64,000 nucleotides of DNA from Deltaproteobacteria bacterium. Its GTDB lineage: Bacteria > Myxococcota > Kuafuiibacteriia > Kuafuiibacteriales > Kuafuiibacteriaceae. Location: positions 192,001 through 256,000 of the forward strand of contig JAVJQW010000062.1 of assembly GCA_040218735.1 (NCBI GenBank), written 5' to 3'. How positions within the stretch are numbered: position 1 is the stretch's first letter; the number at the start of each line of letters is the position of its first letter. The notes under the pieces were generated by a model. That model was given only the letters and a program-made list of their open reading frames with translations, searched no databases and was not told the DNA's origin. A program made the position numbers and the translations under genes. Of the stretch, positions 19,901 through 28,711 are shown one piece after another.

Positions 19901-20135
19901 CGTTGTCCGGCGAGGTCGCGCCGTCGTTTTGGGCGGTGACCGCGATATTGACGCGCTCACCGGGGGCGAGGATCGTCGGGACCGTATTCGCCGGATAGCT
20001 CACAGCCGATCCGGCGGGAGCCACGTACGAGGCGGTGGTGTCGATGCGGGCAGCGGAACGGGTGGGCTCCTCGGCGGGACCACCACACGCCGCGGCCACT
20101 AGGAGCAATGTCGTCGACCAGCGAAACGTCTTCAT
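16995..20135 (-). CDS. large surface lipoprotein: four NBR1-type Ig-like domains, Myxococcus Cys-rich repeat, FG-GAP beta-propeller
   Basis: Lipobox VAAAC, repeated PxxMxPG...NxGTxTW units, [30 protein letters not shown], and multiple [11 protein letters not shown] repeats. Confidence 0.85.
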   Translation of the reverse strand: [1046 protein letters not shown]

Positions 20136-20546
20136 CACGGTTCTTCTCACTCTCGTGTTCGACTCGTTGTCACCCTTATTGAGGATTCATTCCGAGTCGG
20201 AGCATCGTCCGGGCTTGTCTTACACGGCCTCCGCTCACGCGCGAGACCTACTTCACCCCTACGAACGGTACGCTGCCCCCGAGTGACAGGATCCGAATTG
20301 GGATGCAAGGCCTCGCTTCGGTCAGTGCCGCCCGACCCCTCGAACGTTCAACGCCCGAGCGATTTCGGCCCGGGCTACAGGGTATTTTCGGTCATTGCGC
20401 AGCGAAACGCGGCCGCTGGGCCGAAGGCGCGGGCAGCGCCCCCGGGAGCATGTCGACGATCGTGACGCGCCGCGTCTCGAGGGCCGGCCTCCGTCCTGAC
20501 GTTCGATCGTCGCGAGCGTTTGACGATGGCGCCTTGGCTCCTTAAC

Positions 20547-20668
20547 CTGGCGAAGCTCGACGCACGTCGAGCCAGCCATGACGGTCCGCTGAAGTCCTCC
20601 TCGTCCCCGAGTCGTACGGCGCTCGGCGTTCGCTTCGAACGCATCGAGCCCGAGAAGGGCCCGTCATG
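20547..20668 (+). promoter_or_regulatory. structured 5' leader with uORF (MTVR*, 20578-20592), putative translational attenuator of the ABC-F gene
   Basis: CATGACGG (20577-20584) is complementary to CCGTCATG (20661-20668, containing the ABC-F ATG). Additional hairpins at 20555-20572 and 20621-20649. Confidence 0.5.
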
Positions 20669-22162
20669 TCCGATCTTCACTTGCGCCTCACCGGCGCAGA
20701 ATTCAGCTACGCGGGCGCCGCGCCCGTCCTTCGAGACGTCACCGTCGACCTCCCCGTCGGGTGGACCGGCGTCGTCGGCGCCAACGGCGCGGGCAAGTCC
20801 ACGTTGCTCGCCCTCCTCTGTGGCCAACTCGCACCGACCGCGGGCGAGCGCAGCGCACCGCCCGGCCCGATCGTGTTCGTCCCGCAGCGCTCCGAGCGGA
20901 CCGCACCGCTGCTCGAGCGCTACTTCGAAGACTGGTCGAAGCGCGCCCTCGCCTGGCGCGCGCGTCTGCACCTCGAAGACGATGGGCCGTACCGCTGGGA
21001 GACGTTGAGCTTCGGGGAGCGCAAGCGGTGGCACCTCGCGGCCGCGCTCACGCGCGCGCCCGACGTGTTGTTGATCGACGAGCCGACGAACCACCTCGAC
21101 GACGACGGCATTCAGCTCCTCGTCGAAGCGCTCGGTGCGTTCGAAGGCATCGGGGTCGTCGTCTCCCACGACCGCCGCATCCTGGATCCGCTCACGTCGC
21201 ACACCCTCGAGCTCGACGCGGGGCGGGCGCGCATGCTCGCCCTCCCCTACGGCGAGGCGCGCGCCGTGTGGCGCAACGACGACGCCGAGGCCGAACGTGA
21301 AGCGGAGCGTACGCGCGCCGCCGCGCGGAAGGAGGCGGCGCTGCACGTTCGCCAGCGACAGGACGCCGAGTCGGCTGCGCGACGTATCGGCGCGCGGACT
21401 CGGATGAAGAGCGTGAAGGACACCGACGCACGCAGCGTCGGCGCCAAGGCACGCGTCGCGAAGGCGGCGGCGCGTCACGCGCAGCGCGCGTCCGCTGCGA
21501 GGACCCGCGCCGAGCGCGCCTCAGCGGTGGCGGACGCTCACGTCGTCGACAAGAAGCTCGGACGCAGCATCACGTTCGACGCAGCACGGATTCGTTCGAA
21601 ACGAATCGGCGCATTGGTCACCGACCAGATCCGCGTCGGGGACCGCGAGCTGTTGCGCGACGTCCACCTCACCGTGGACCGCGGTGACCGCATCGCCCTG
21701 TGCGGACCGAACGGCGCGGGGAAGTCGACGCTGCTCGCCGCCCTCGTCGAGGCGTGCGGCCTCGAGGACGAAGACGTGTTCGTGCTGCCGCAGGAGATCG
21801 ACGACGACGCACGCGACCGCATCCGCCGGTCGATCGCCGAGCGCCCCCGCGACGAACGCGGTGCGCTGATCACCGTTTGCGCCGCGCTCGCCGTGACCCC
21901 GGAGGGGCTCCCCGACGACCTCGCGACGCGCTCGCCAGGCGAGGCTCGGAAGATCGCGATCGCCGACGCCCTCACCCGCGAGGTCGCGGTGATGTTCCTC
22001 GACGAGCCGACGAACCACCTCGACCTCCCCTCGCAGGAGCGCCTCGCCGACGCGTTGAGTCGTTTCAGTGGAACGCTGGTGACGGTAACCCACGACCCGT
22101 GGTTCGCGGAGGCGATCGGGGCGCGGCGAATCGCGATCGACGGAGGTCAGCTCGCGATGTGA
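20666..22162 (+). CDS. ABC-F family ATPase (ribosome-associated, possibly ARE-like)
   Basis: Two NBDs (GANGAGKS/LLIDEPTNHL and GPNGAGKS/FLDEPTNHL), a long basic helical linker, and no TM domain. Confidence 0.88.
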   Translation: MSDLHLRLTGAEFSYAGAAPVLRDVTVDLPVGWTGVVGANGAGKSTLLALLCGQLAPTAGERSAPPGPIVFVPQRSERTAPLLERYFEDWSKRALAWRARLHLEDDGPYRWETLSFGERKRWHLAAALTRAPDVLLIDEPTNHLDDDGIQLLVEALGAFEGIGVVVSHDRRILDPLTSHTLELDAGRARMLALPYGEARAVWRNDDAEAEREAERTRAAARKEAALHVRQRQDAESAARRIGARTRMKSVKDTDARSVGAKARVAKAAARHAQRASAARTRAERASAVADAHVVDKKLGRSITFDAARIRSKRIGALVTDQIRVGDRELLRDVHLTVDRGDRIALCGPNGAGKSTLLAALVEACGLEDEDVFVLPQEIDDDARDRIRRSIAERPRDERGALITVCAALAVTPEGLPDDLATRSPGEARKIAIADALTREVAVMFLDEPTNHLDLPSQERLADALSRFSGTLVTVTHDPWFAEAIGARRIAIDGGQLAM

Positions 22163-23013
22163 AGGAGCTTGCGTGCCTCGTCGGGCGACGCGATCTCCCG
22201 GCCGACGTCGCGCGCCATCTTCGCCATCGCTTCGATCAGCTGTCCGTTCCCGGAGGTCTTCGAGCCATCCGGGAGGTAGAACGTGTCCTCCACGCCGGTG
22301 CGCAAGTTGCCGCCGAGCTCCGCGGTGCGTCGGTGCAAAGGCCAGATCTCCTCGCGACCGATCGCGGTGACCTGCCAGGTGACGTCGTCCGCGACGTAGT
22401 CGAGGAGCAGCTCGAGCAGGCGCGGGTCCGCGGGCATGCCGGAGGCGACGCCCATGACGAAGTTGACGTCGGGGCGCGAGGTCATCCCGTTCTCGATGAA
22501 GAGCCCCACGGAGCGGACGATGCCCACGTCGAAGCACTCGAACTCCGGGAGCGCCTTCGCCTCGGCCATCACGTCCAAGAAGCGCTGCACCTTCTCGACC
22601 GGGTTGTCGAAGACCATGGGCGGCCACGCCCAGTCGCCGTTCCGTCGTGTCTTGAGGTAGTTGAGCGTCCCCGCGTTGCACGCCGCCATCTCCGGTTGGA
22701 TGCGGCGCATGACCGCGGTCGGCCCGTCGATGTCATCGCCGATCACGCCGGTCGACTGGTTGATGATCACGCCCGGGCACGCCGCGCGGATCGCGTCGAC
22801 GATCTCGGCGCAGACCTCCGGATCCCAGGACGGCAGGTGCCCGAGCCCCTCCTCCTGCATCCGAAAGTGCACGTGCATGATCGACGCGCCGGCGTCGAAC
22901 GCCTCCTTCGCCGACGACGCCATCTGCTCGGGCGTCACGGGGACGGGGTGCTGCGCGGGGTTCGTCAGCACCCCCGTCAGCGCGCAGGTGATGACGGCCT
23001 TGTCTTGGCTCAT
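22147..23013 (-). CDS. beta-keto acid cleavage enzyme (BKACE/DUF849, 3-keto-5-aminohexanoate cleavage family)
   Basis: VITCALTG, PVTPEQ, AGASIMHVHFR, PEFECFD and GGNLRTGVED motifs. Confidence 0.9.
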   Translation of the reverse strand: MSQDKAVITCALTGVLTNPAQHPVPVTPEQMASSAKEAFDAGASIMHVHFRMQEEGLGHLPSWDPEVCAEIVDAIRAACPGVIINQSTGVIGDDIDGPTAVMRRIQPEMAACNAGTLNYLKTRRNGDWAWPPMVFDNPVEKVQRFLDVMAEAKALPEFECFDVGIVRSVGLFIENGMTSRPDVNFVMGVASGMPADPRLLELLLDYVADDVTWQVTAIGREEIWPLHRRTAELGGNLRTGVEDTFYLPDGSKTSGNGQLIEAMAKMARDVGREIASPDEARKLLHIAS

Positions 23014-24935
23014 GATGCCTCCTCCAGCTCGACCAAGAGCTGCTTGTTGTCGACCTGATCCGAGACCGCGATGGACACCGACGCGACGACGCCGTCGCGC
23101 GGCGCCGTCAACTCGAGTTGCATCTTCATCGCTTCGAGGATCACCAGGATGTCGTTCTTCTTCACCGCGTCACCCGCCGCGACGCGCACCTCGATCACAC
23201 GCCCCGCCATGGGCGCGATCACCGCGTCCTCGGACGCACCACCCGCCGCGGCGTCGGAGTGCGGGCGGACCTCGAACGTGAACGTGTCGCGTTCGTCGCG
23301 GACGTGAATCACCTCGCGCCCGCCGACGCCGAAGCGCCGCACCACGCCGTCGTGCTCCACCGTGACTTCGTCGGCGTCGAAGCGCGCCGTGAGGGGCACC
23401 GCGTCACAACCTTCGATGCGCACCTCGTACCCGTCGCGCCCGACGACCACCACGCCGCGCCGGACGTCATCGCGCCACGCGAGGCGCACCGGCACGTGCT
23501 GGTGCGCGGTGCTGCGCCAGAAGTCGTCGCCGTCTCGGCGGGCCGCCGCGAGCGCCGCGACGCTCCAGGTCAACGCGTCCGGCGCCGGCCGCTCGAGGTC
23601 CGCGAGGTGCTCGCCGATGAACCCGGTCGTGGCGCCGCCCGCCGCGAACACATCGTGGTCGAGGATCGCCGCGAGATAACTCGCGTTGGTCACCACGCCG
23701 TCGACGCGCAGACGCCGCAGCGCGAAAGCCAGCTTGCGCCGCGCTTCGTCGCGGTCACGACCGTGCGCGATCACCTTCGCGAGCATCGCGTCGTAGAACG
23801 CCGTCACCGCCTGGCCCGACGCGAGCCCGTGATCCACACGCACGCCCTCGGGCCACACGACGTGCTCCGCAACGCCGACCTGCGGCAAGAACCCGGCGTA
23901 CGGATCCTCCGCGTACAGGCGCGCCTCGATCGCGTGCCCGTCGAACGCCGGCGCCTCGGCCGGGAGCGCGCGACCCGCCGCGACGTCGAGCTGCCACGCG
24001 ACGAGGTCGAGCCCCGTCACGAGCTCCGTCACCGGGTGTTCGACCTGCAGGCGGGTGTTCATCTCCATGAAGTAGAACGCACCGTCCTCGCCGAGCAGGA
24101 ACTCCACCGTCCCCGCGCCGACGTAGCCGATCGCCTTCGCCGCGGTGACCGCCGCGTCGCCCATCGCCGCCCGAATCTCGGGCGTGACGGCGGGCGACGG
24201 CGCCTCTTCGATCACCTTCTGGTGCCGGCGCTGCACGGAGCAGTCGCGCTCGCCGAGGTGCAGCGCGTGCCCGTGTGCGTCCGCGAACACCTGAATCTCG
24301 ACGTGGCGCGGATTCACGATCGCACGCTCGAGGATCAACTCCCCGTCGCCGAACGAGCTTTCAGCCTCCGAGCGCGCCGCCTGGATCGCGCGTGGCAGAT
24401 CCGCCGGGTCGGTGACGAGGCGAAGACCGCGCCCCCCACCGCCGGCGCTCGCCTTGATCATCAGCGGCGCACCGAGCGCCTCGGCCTTCGCTACGAGCGC
24501 TTCGACCGACTGCTCCTCACCGTCGTACCCCGGCACGACCGGGACGCCCGCGTCCGCCATCCGCCGCTTCGCGAGGCGCTTCGATCCCATCAACCGCATC
24601 GCCTCCGCGGGCGGCCCGATGAAGACGAGCCCCGCGTCCGCGCACGCTTCGGCGAACGCCGGGTTCTCGGAGAGGAAGCCGTAGCCGGGGTGCACGGCGT
24701 CGGCGCCGGTCTTCTTCGCGGCGTCGAGCAGCCGCTCGATCGACAGATACGACTCCGCCGGCACCGAAGGCCCGATGTGCACCGCGACGTCCGCGGCGCG
24801 CACGTGCAGCGCGTCGCGGTCGGCGTCCGAGAACACCGCGACGGTCTCGTAACCCATCGCGCGCGCGGTTCGGCAGACACGCACGGCGATCTCGGCGCGG
24901 TTGGCGATCAGGATGCGCGAGAAGTTCTTCATCAC
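23010..24935 (-). CDS. acyl-CoA carboxylase alpha subunit (biotin carboxylase plus biotin carrier; AtuF/LiuD-like)
   Basis: ILIANRAEIA, HPGYGFLSEN, ERDCSVQRRHQK, EMNTRLQVEHP and EAMKM biotin motif. Confidence 0.93.
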   Translation of the reverse strand: MMKNFSRILIANRAEIAVRVCRTARAMGYETVAVFSDADRDALHVRAADVAVHIGPSVPAESYLSIERLLDAAKKTGADAVHPGYGFLSENPAFAEACADAGLVFIGPPAEAMRLMGSKRLAKRRMADAGVPVVPGYDGEEQSVEALVAKAEALGAPLMIKASAGGGGRGLRLVTDPADLPRAIQAARSEAESSFGDGELILERAIVNPRHVEIQVFADAHGHALHLGERDCSVQRRHQKVIEEAPSPAVTPEIRAAMGDAAVTAAKAIGYVGAGTVEFLLGEDGAFYFMEMNTRLQVEHPVTELVTGLDLVAWQLDVAAGRALPAEAPAFDGHAIEARLYAEDPYAGFLPQVGVAEHVVWPEGVRVDHGLASGQAVTAFYDAMLAKVIAHGRDRDEARRKLAFALRRLRVDGVVTNASYLAAILDHDVFAAGGATTGFIGEHLADLERPAPDALTWSVAALAAARRDGDDFWRSTAHQHVPVRLAWRDDVRRGVVVVGRDGYEVRIEGCDAVPLTARFDADEVTVEHDGVVRRFGVGGREVIHVRDERDTFTFEVRPHSDAAAGGASEDAVIAPMAGRVIEVRVAAGDAVKKNDILVILEAMKMQLELTAPRDGVVASVSIAVSDQVDNKQLLVELEEAS

Positions 24936-26545
24936 AGCCTCGCCACCCCGAACGTGTTGGGCCGCAGCGTGCGGCGCTCGGCTTCTCGGCACGTCGCCAG
25001 ACAGAACGCGACGACCTTGCGGCTGTCGCGCGGGTCGATCACGCCGTCGTCCCAGAGGCGCGCGCTGCCGTAGAAGACGTGGGTCTTCGGCTCCATGTTC
25101 TTGATGAGCTCCTCTTTCAACGAGTCGAGGAAGTCCTGCGGCGGCTCTTGCCCCATCTTCTTCATCATCTTCTCGCGCGTGATGATCTCCATGACCGTCG
25201 CCGCCTGCTGCGGCCCCATCACGCCGACCTTCGCGTTCGGCCACGAGAAGATGAAACGCGGCGACAACCCGCGCCCCGCCATGCCGTAGTTCCCAGCGCC
25301 CCACGAACCGCCGATCACCAGCGTGATCTTCGGGACCGTCGCGTTGGCGACCGCCTGGATCATCTTCGAGCCGTGTTTGACGATGCCGGACGACTCGGCC
25401 TCCTTGCCGACGAGGTACCCGGTCGTGTTCTGCAGGAAGAGCAGCGGCGTCCCCGACTGCGAGCACAGCTGGATGAACTGCGCCGCCTTCGTCGCGCCCT
25501 GCGGATCGATCGGACCGTTGTTGCCGAGGATGCCGATCGGCGTCCCCTCGACCGCCGCGTGGCCGCAGACGGTGTGCACGCCGTAGTCGGCCTTGAAGTC
25601 GAGGAAGTCCGAGCCATCGACGATGCGCGCGATGACCTCGCGGACGTCGTACGGCTTCGCGAAGTCCAGCGGCACGAGGCCACACAGCTCCTCCGCGTCG
25701 TAACGCGGCGCCTCGAACGCACCGGGCGCCTCGGGGGTGTCCCACGTGAGCTTGCCGACCAGCTCCCGCGCCACCGCGATCGCATGCGCGTCGTCCTCGG
25801 CCATGTACTCCGCGGTGCCGGCGACCTCCGCGTGGAGCGTCGCGCCGCCGAGCTCTTCGTCCGTCGCGACCTCCCCCGTCGCGGCCTTGAGCAGCGGCGG
25901 TCCCGCGAGGAAGATCTTCGACTTGTTGCGCACGACCACGACGTAGTCCGAAAGCCCCGGCAGGTACGCGCCGCCCGCCGTGCTGGAGCCGTGCACCACC
26001 GTCACCTGCGGGATGCCGGCGGCGGAGAGCCGCGCCTGGTTCGCGAACGTGCGGCCGCCCTCGATGAACATCTCCTCCTGGTAGAGGAGGTTCGCGCCCG
26101 CGCTCTCGGCGAGGGTGACGAGCGGGAGTTTGTTCTCGAACGCGATCTGCTGAATGCGCAGCGCCTTCTTCAGACCGCTCGGCGAGACGGACCCGCCCTT
26201 GATGCCCGAGTCCGTCGCGGAGACCAGGCACCGCTTGCCCGCGACGAAGCCGATGCCGCTGATCGAGCCGCCGCCCTGTGCGCCGTCGCCGCCGTCGTCG
26301 TCGTGCATCCCGAGGCCGGCGAGCGTGGAGAGCTCCAAGTACGGACGCCCGGCGTCGAGCAGCAGCGCGACGCGATCGCGCGGGAGGAGCTGGCCGCGCT
26401 TTTCGAACTTGGCGCGCGAGCGCTCGGAGTTCTTGCGGACCTTCGCCTCGATGTCGCGGAGCGCCTCGACGCGCTCGAGCATCTCGGCGCGCTGCGTTCG
26501 GAAGCGCTCCGACCGGGTGTCGATGCGGGATTCGAGCCTGGGCAT
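24932..26545 (-). CDS. acyl-CoA carboxylase beta (carboxyltransferase) subunit, AtuC-like
   Basis: RGQLLPRDRVALLLD, ESAGANL, HGSSTAGGAYLPGLSDY and GAGNYGMAGR motifs. Confidence 0.92.
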   Translation of the reverse strand: MPRLESRIDTRSERFRTQRAEMLERVEALRDIEAKVRKNSERSRAKFEKRGQLLPRDRVALLLDAGRPYLELSTLAGLGMHDDDGGDGAQGGGSISGIGFVAGKRCLVSATDSGIKGGSVSPSGLKKALRIQQIAFENKLPLVTLAESAGANLLYQEEMFIEGGRTFANQARLSAAGIPQVTVVHGSSTAGGAYLPGLSDYVVVVRNKSKIFLAGPPLLKAATGEVATDEELGGATLHAEVAGTAEYMAEDDAHAIAVARELVGKLTWDTPEAPGAFEAPRYDAEELCGLVPLDFAKPYDVREVIARIVDGSDFLDFKADYGVHTVCGHAAVEGTPIGILGNNGPIDPQGATKAAQFIQLCSQSGTPLLFLQNTTGYLVGKEAESSGIVKHGSKMIQAVANATVPKITLVIGGSWGAGNYGMAGRGLSPRFIFSWPNAKVGVMGPQQAATVMEIITREKMMKKMGQEPPQDFLDSLKEELIKNMEPKTHVFYGSARLWDDGVIDPRDSRKVVAFCLATCREAERRTLRPNTFGVARL

Positions 26546-26564
26546 GGAACCGACCGAGAACCTA

Positions 26565-26577
26565 TGACTGCCAGTCA
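26565..26577. promoter_or_regulatory. putative TetR operator 1
   Basis: Perfect palindrome TGACTG-C-CAGTCA, about 20 nt upstream of the carboxylase start. Confidence 0.65.
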
Positions 26578-26637
26578 CCCAGATCAAGCCTCGATTTGGT
26601 CTTGATGCCGATAATCGGCTCGTGCATCCTCATCTCG

Positions 26638-27270
26638 GTGACTGCGAGTCAGTCGAAGTCTGACCCGGATCGGCGTTCGGCGTTCCTCGCCGCGGCGCGC
26701 CGCCTCTTCGTGGCGAACGGGTACGCGGGGACGAGTGTGTCGAGCATCGTGCGCGAGGTCGGCGTCGCGCAGGGCACGTTCTACCTGCACTTCGAGACCA
26801 AGGCGCAGCTCCTCGCCCAGCTTCAGCGCGGCGTCGCGCGCGACTACCTGCACGCGTTCCAGCGCGGCACGCAGCCGCCGGGCGACCCCGCCGACGAGCG
26901 CCTCGTGCGCGGGCTCGTCGCGATCAACGAGGCGGTGGAGGCGCACCGCGACCTCGTCGGAGTCTTTCGCGCGGCCGCGAGCGCGGAGGAGTCCCAAGCC
27001 ACGATGCTCCAGGGGCGCGAGACGCTCTCGTGGCCGCTCGCGGGGCTCATCGCGGAGGGCGTCGACCAGGAGCGCTTCGTCGCGCCGGACCCGCGGCTGT
27101 CGGCGCACATCATCCTCTCCGTGTTCGACGACCTGCTCTACGAGTCGATGGTCTACGCCAAGCCGGCCGACAACCCGACGGTGCTCGCGGCCAGCGCGCA
27201 GTTCGTGCTCACCGCGCTCGGCGTCGCGCCTGCACGCGCGACGGATGTGGTCTCGGCGATCGTCACGTGA
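26638..27270 (+). CDS. TetR/AcrR family transcriptional regulator
   Basis: FLAAARRLFVANGYAGTSVSSIVREVGVAQGTFYLHFETK HTH. Start uncertain (26605 or 26638). Confidence 0.92.
   Translation: MTASQSKSDPDRRSAFLAAARRLFVANGYAGTSVSSIVREVGVAQGTFYLHFETKAQLLAQLQRGVARDYLHAFQRGTQPPGDPADERLVRGLVAINEAVEAHRDLVGVFRAAASAEESQATMLQGRETLSWPLAGLIAEGVDQERFVAPDPRLSAHIILSVFDDLLYESMVYAKPADNPTVLAASAQFVLTALGVAPARATDVVSAIVT
26639..26651. promoter_or_regulatory. putative TetR operator 2
   Basis: TGACTGCGAGTCA is 12/13 identical to operator 1 and overlaps the probable TetR GTG start. Confidence 0.6.
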
Positions 27271-27312
27271 GGATCGTGCCGACGGTGCGCCGACTCTGGT
27301 ACATCGAGTGAA

Positions 27313-28696
27313 GTGAGACGCGTCGGCGCCCTCCCCGGTCTGCTGTTCGCGTGCGCCGGCGAAGACGCGACGACGACGCGCGACGCAGGCCCGTCGAGCT
27401 CACGCGACGGAGGGACACGCGACGCCGGCGCAACGCACGATGGAGGTGCCGTGGACGGCGGAACCCGAGACGGCGGTCCGCGCGACGCCGGGACCGCGCG
27501 CGACGGAGGCCAAGTTGTGGACGGCGGCTTCCCCGCGACCGGCTGGTGCCCCGACGTCACCCTCGCCCGGGCCTCGGGGGCCAACGTCGCCGCGGAGCTG
27601 TCCCGCGCGCACGCCGACTTCCTCTACTTCTCGGACATCGTCGACAACATCGACGTCGGCGACGCGTTGAGCGCGGCGCTCGCGCCCGCGGACGCGCTCG
27701 ACCCGTCCGGCATCCCCGCGACGGTCGCGCGCTACGCGAGCGTCTTCGACGAAGCCTGTGACGGCCCCGTCGGCCCCGCCACGCTGGGGCCCGCGACGGT
27801 CACGCTGGAGGGCAACGTCGCGGTCGTCCACCCCGGCACCGGCCCCGTACAGATCCCCGCAGGCGCCGTCGCGATCGGGATCGACTTCACGAACCTCCCC
27901 GACGCCCCGGAGCTGGAGGACGCCCTCACGACCGCCCTCTCGGCGGCGCTCGACAGCGACCTCATGCGACCGCGGCGACACGTCCGGCACTTCGAGGGGC
28001 TGATCGACTACGCGGACATCGAAGCCGACGCCGACGAGGTCGTCATCCCGACCCCGATCATGATCGACGGTCTCGCCGCCGCCGCGCGCCCGCTGGGGAT
28101 CATCACCGGCAACCCCATGCCGCCGATCGCGGCGGAGCTCGCCGGCGCGCTCAGGATGGAGCAGCGCGCGTGGTTGTTCGGCGCGGACGTCCACGCGCGC
28201 GTCGCGGAGAGCTACGGGCGCCGCGTCGGCGACCGGGTGTTGGTGTTCCGCGGGCACATGCTGCTCATCAACACGAGTGTGCCGTGGCCCGACGTGATCC
28301 GCGCCGACTACGACGCCGACGACTACGACAACCTCACCACGCTCCGGCGACGACCGCCCGGCCCTCGGCCAAGGCGTCACGAACACGTACGTGGTGATCG
28401 TGGACGCGTACATGTCTTCGGCCGCGGAGCGCCTGGCGAGCATCCTGCGCGCGAGCGCGGACGTGGACGTCTTCATCGGCCGACCGACGTCCGCATCCGC
28501 GGGTGACATCTGTCGTGTCTCTCTGCCCGGCGGCCCCCAGCTCACCCTCTCGTGCACCGGCGTACGGCGCACGGACGGGACGCCGTACTTCGGCGTGGGG
28601 ATCACGCCGGACATCGTGACGTACCCGAGCCCCGCGTCACTCCAGGCGGAGCGGCTGCTGTCGATCGAAGCTGCGCTGGACTACGTCGGGCGCTAG
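27313..28696 (+). pseudogene. S41-family peptidase lipoprotein, frameshifted and probably internally deleted
   Basis: Frame 1 gives a lipobox (LFAC), RDGG repeats and an N-terminal domain. After ~28343, frame 2 gives VVIVDAYMSSAAE..FIGRPT..GVGITPDI, an S41 C-terminus. Confidence 0.6.
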
Positions 28697-28711
28697 TGGC
28701 ACACCGCGCTC

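Noticed and set aside
16854-20102. Very long antisense or alternate-frame ORFs (also 53130..56879, 48611..51025, 9906..12395, 32736..34900)
   Set aside because: These are shadow ORFs caused by GC3 bias opposite clearly identifiable genes, with Arg/Ala-rich motif-less translations.
20136-20546. Riboswitch or ncRNA in the long intergenic region
   Set aside because: I could not recognise any known aptamer consensus. An Rfam/Infernal search would be needed.
23010-26231. 1073-aa ORF as a fused carboxylase
   Set aside because: The part upstream of 24935 is an off-frame read of the beta-subunit gene. The real alpha subunit starts at about 24935.
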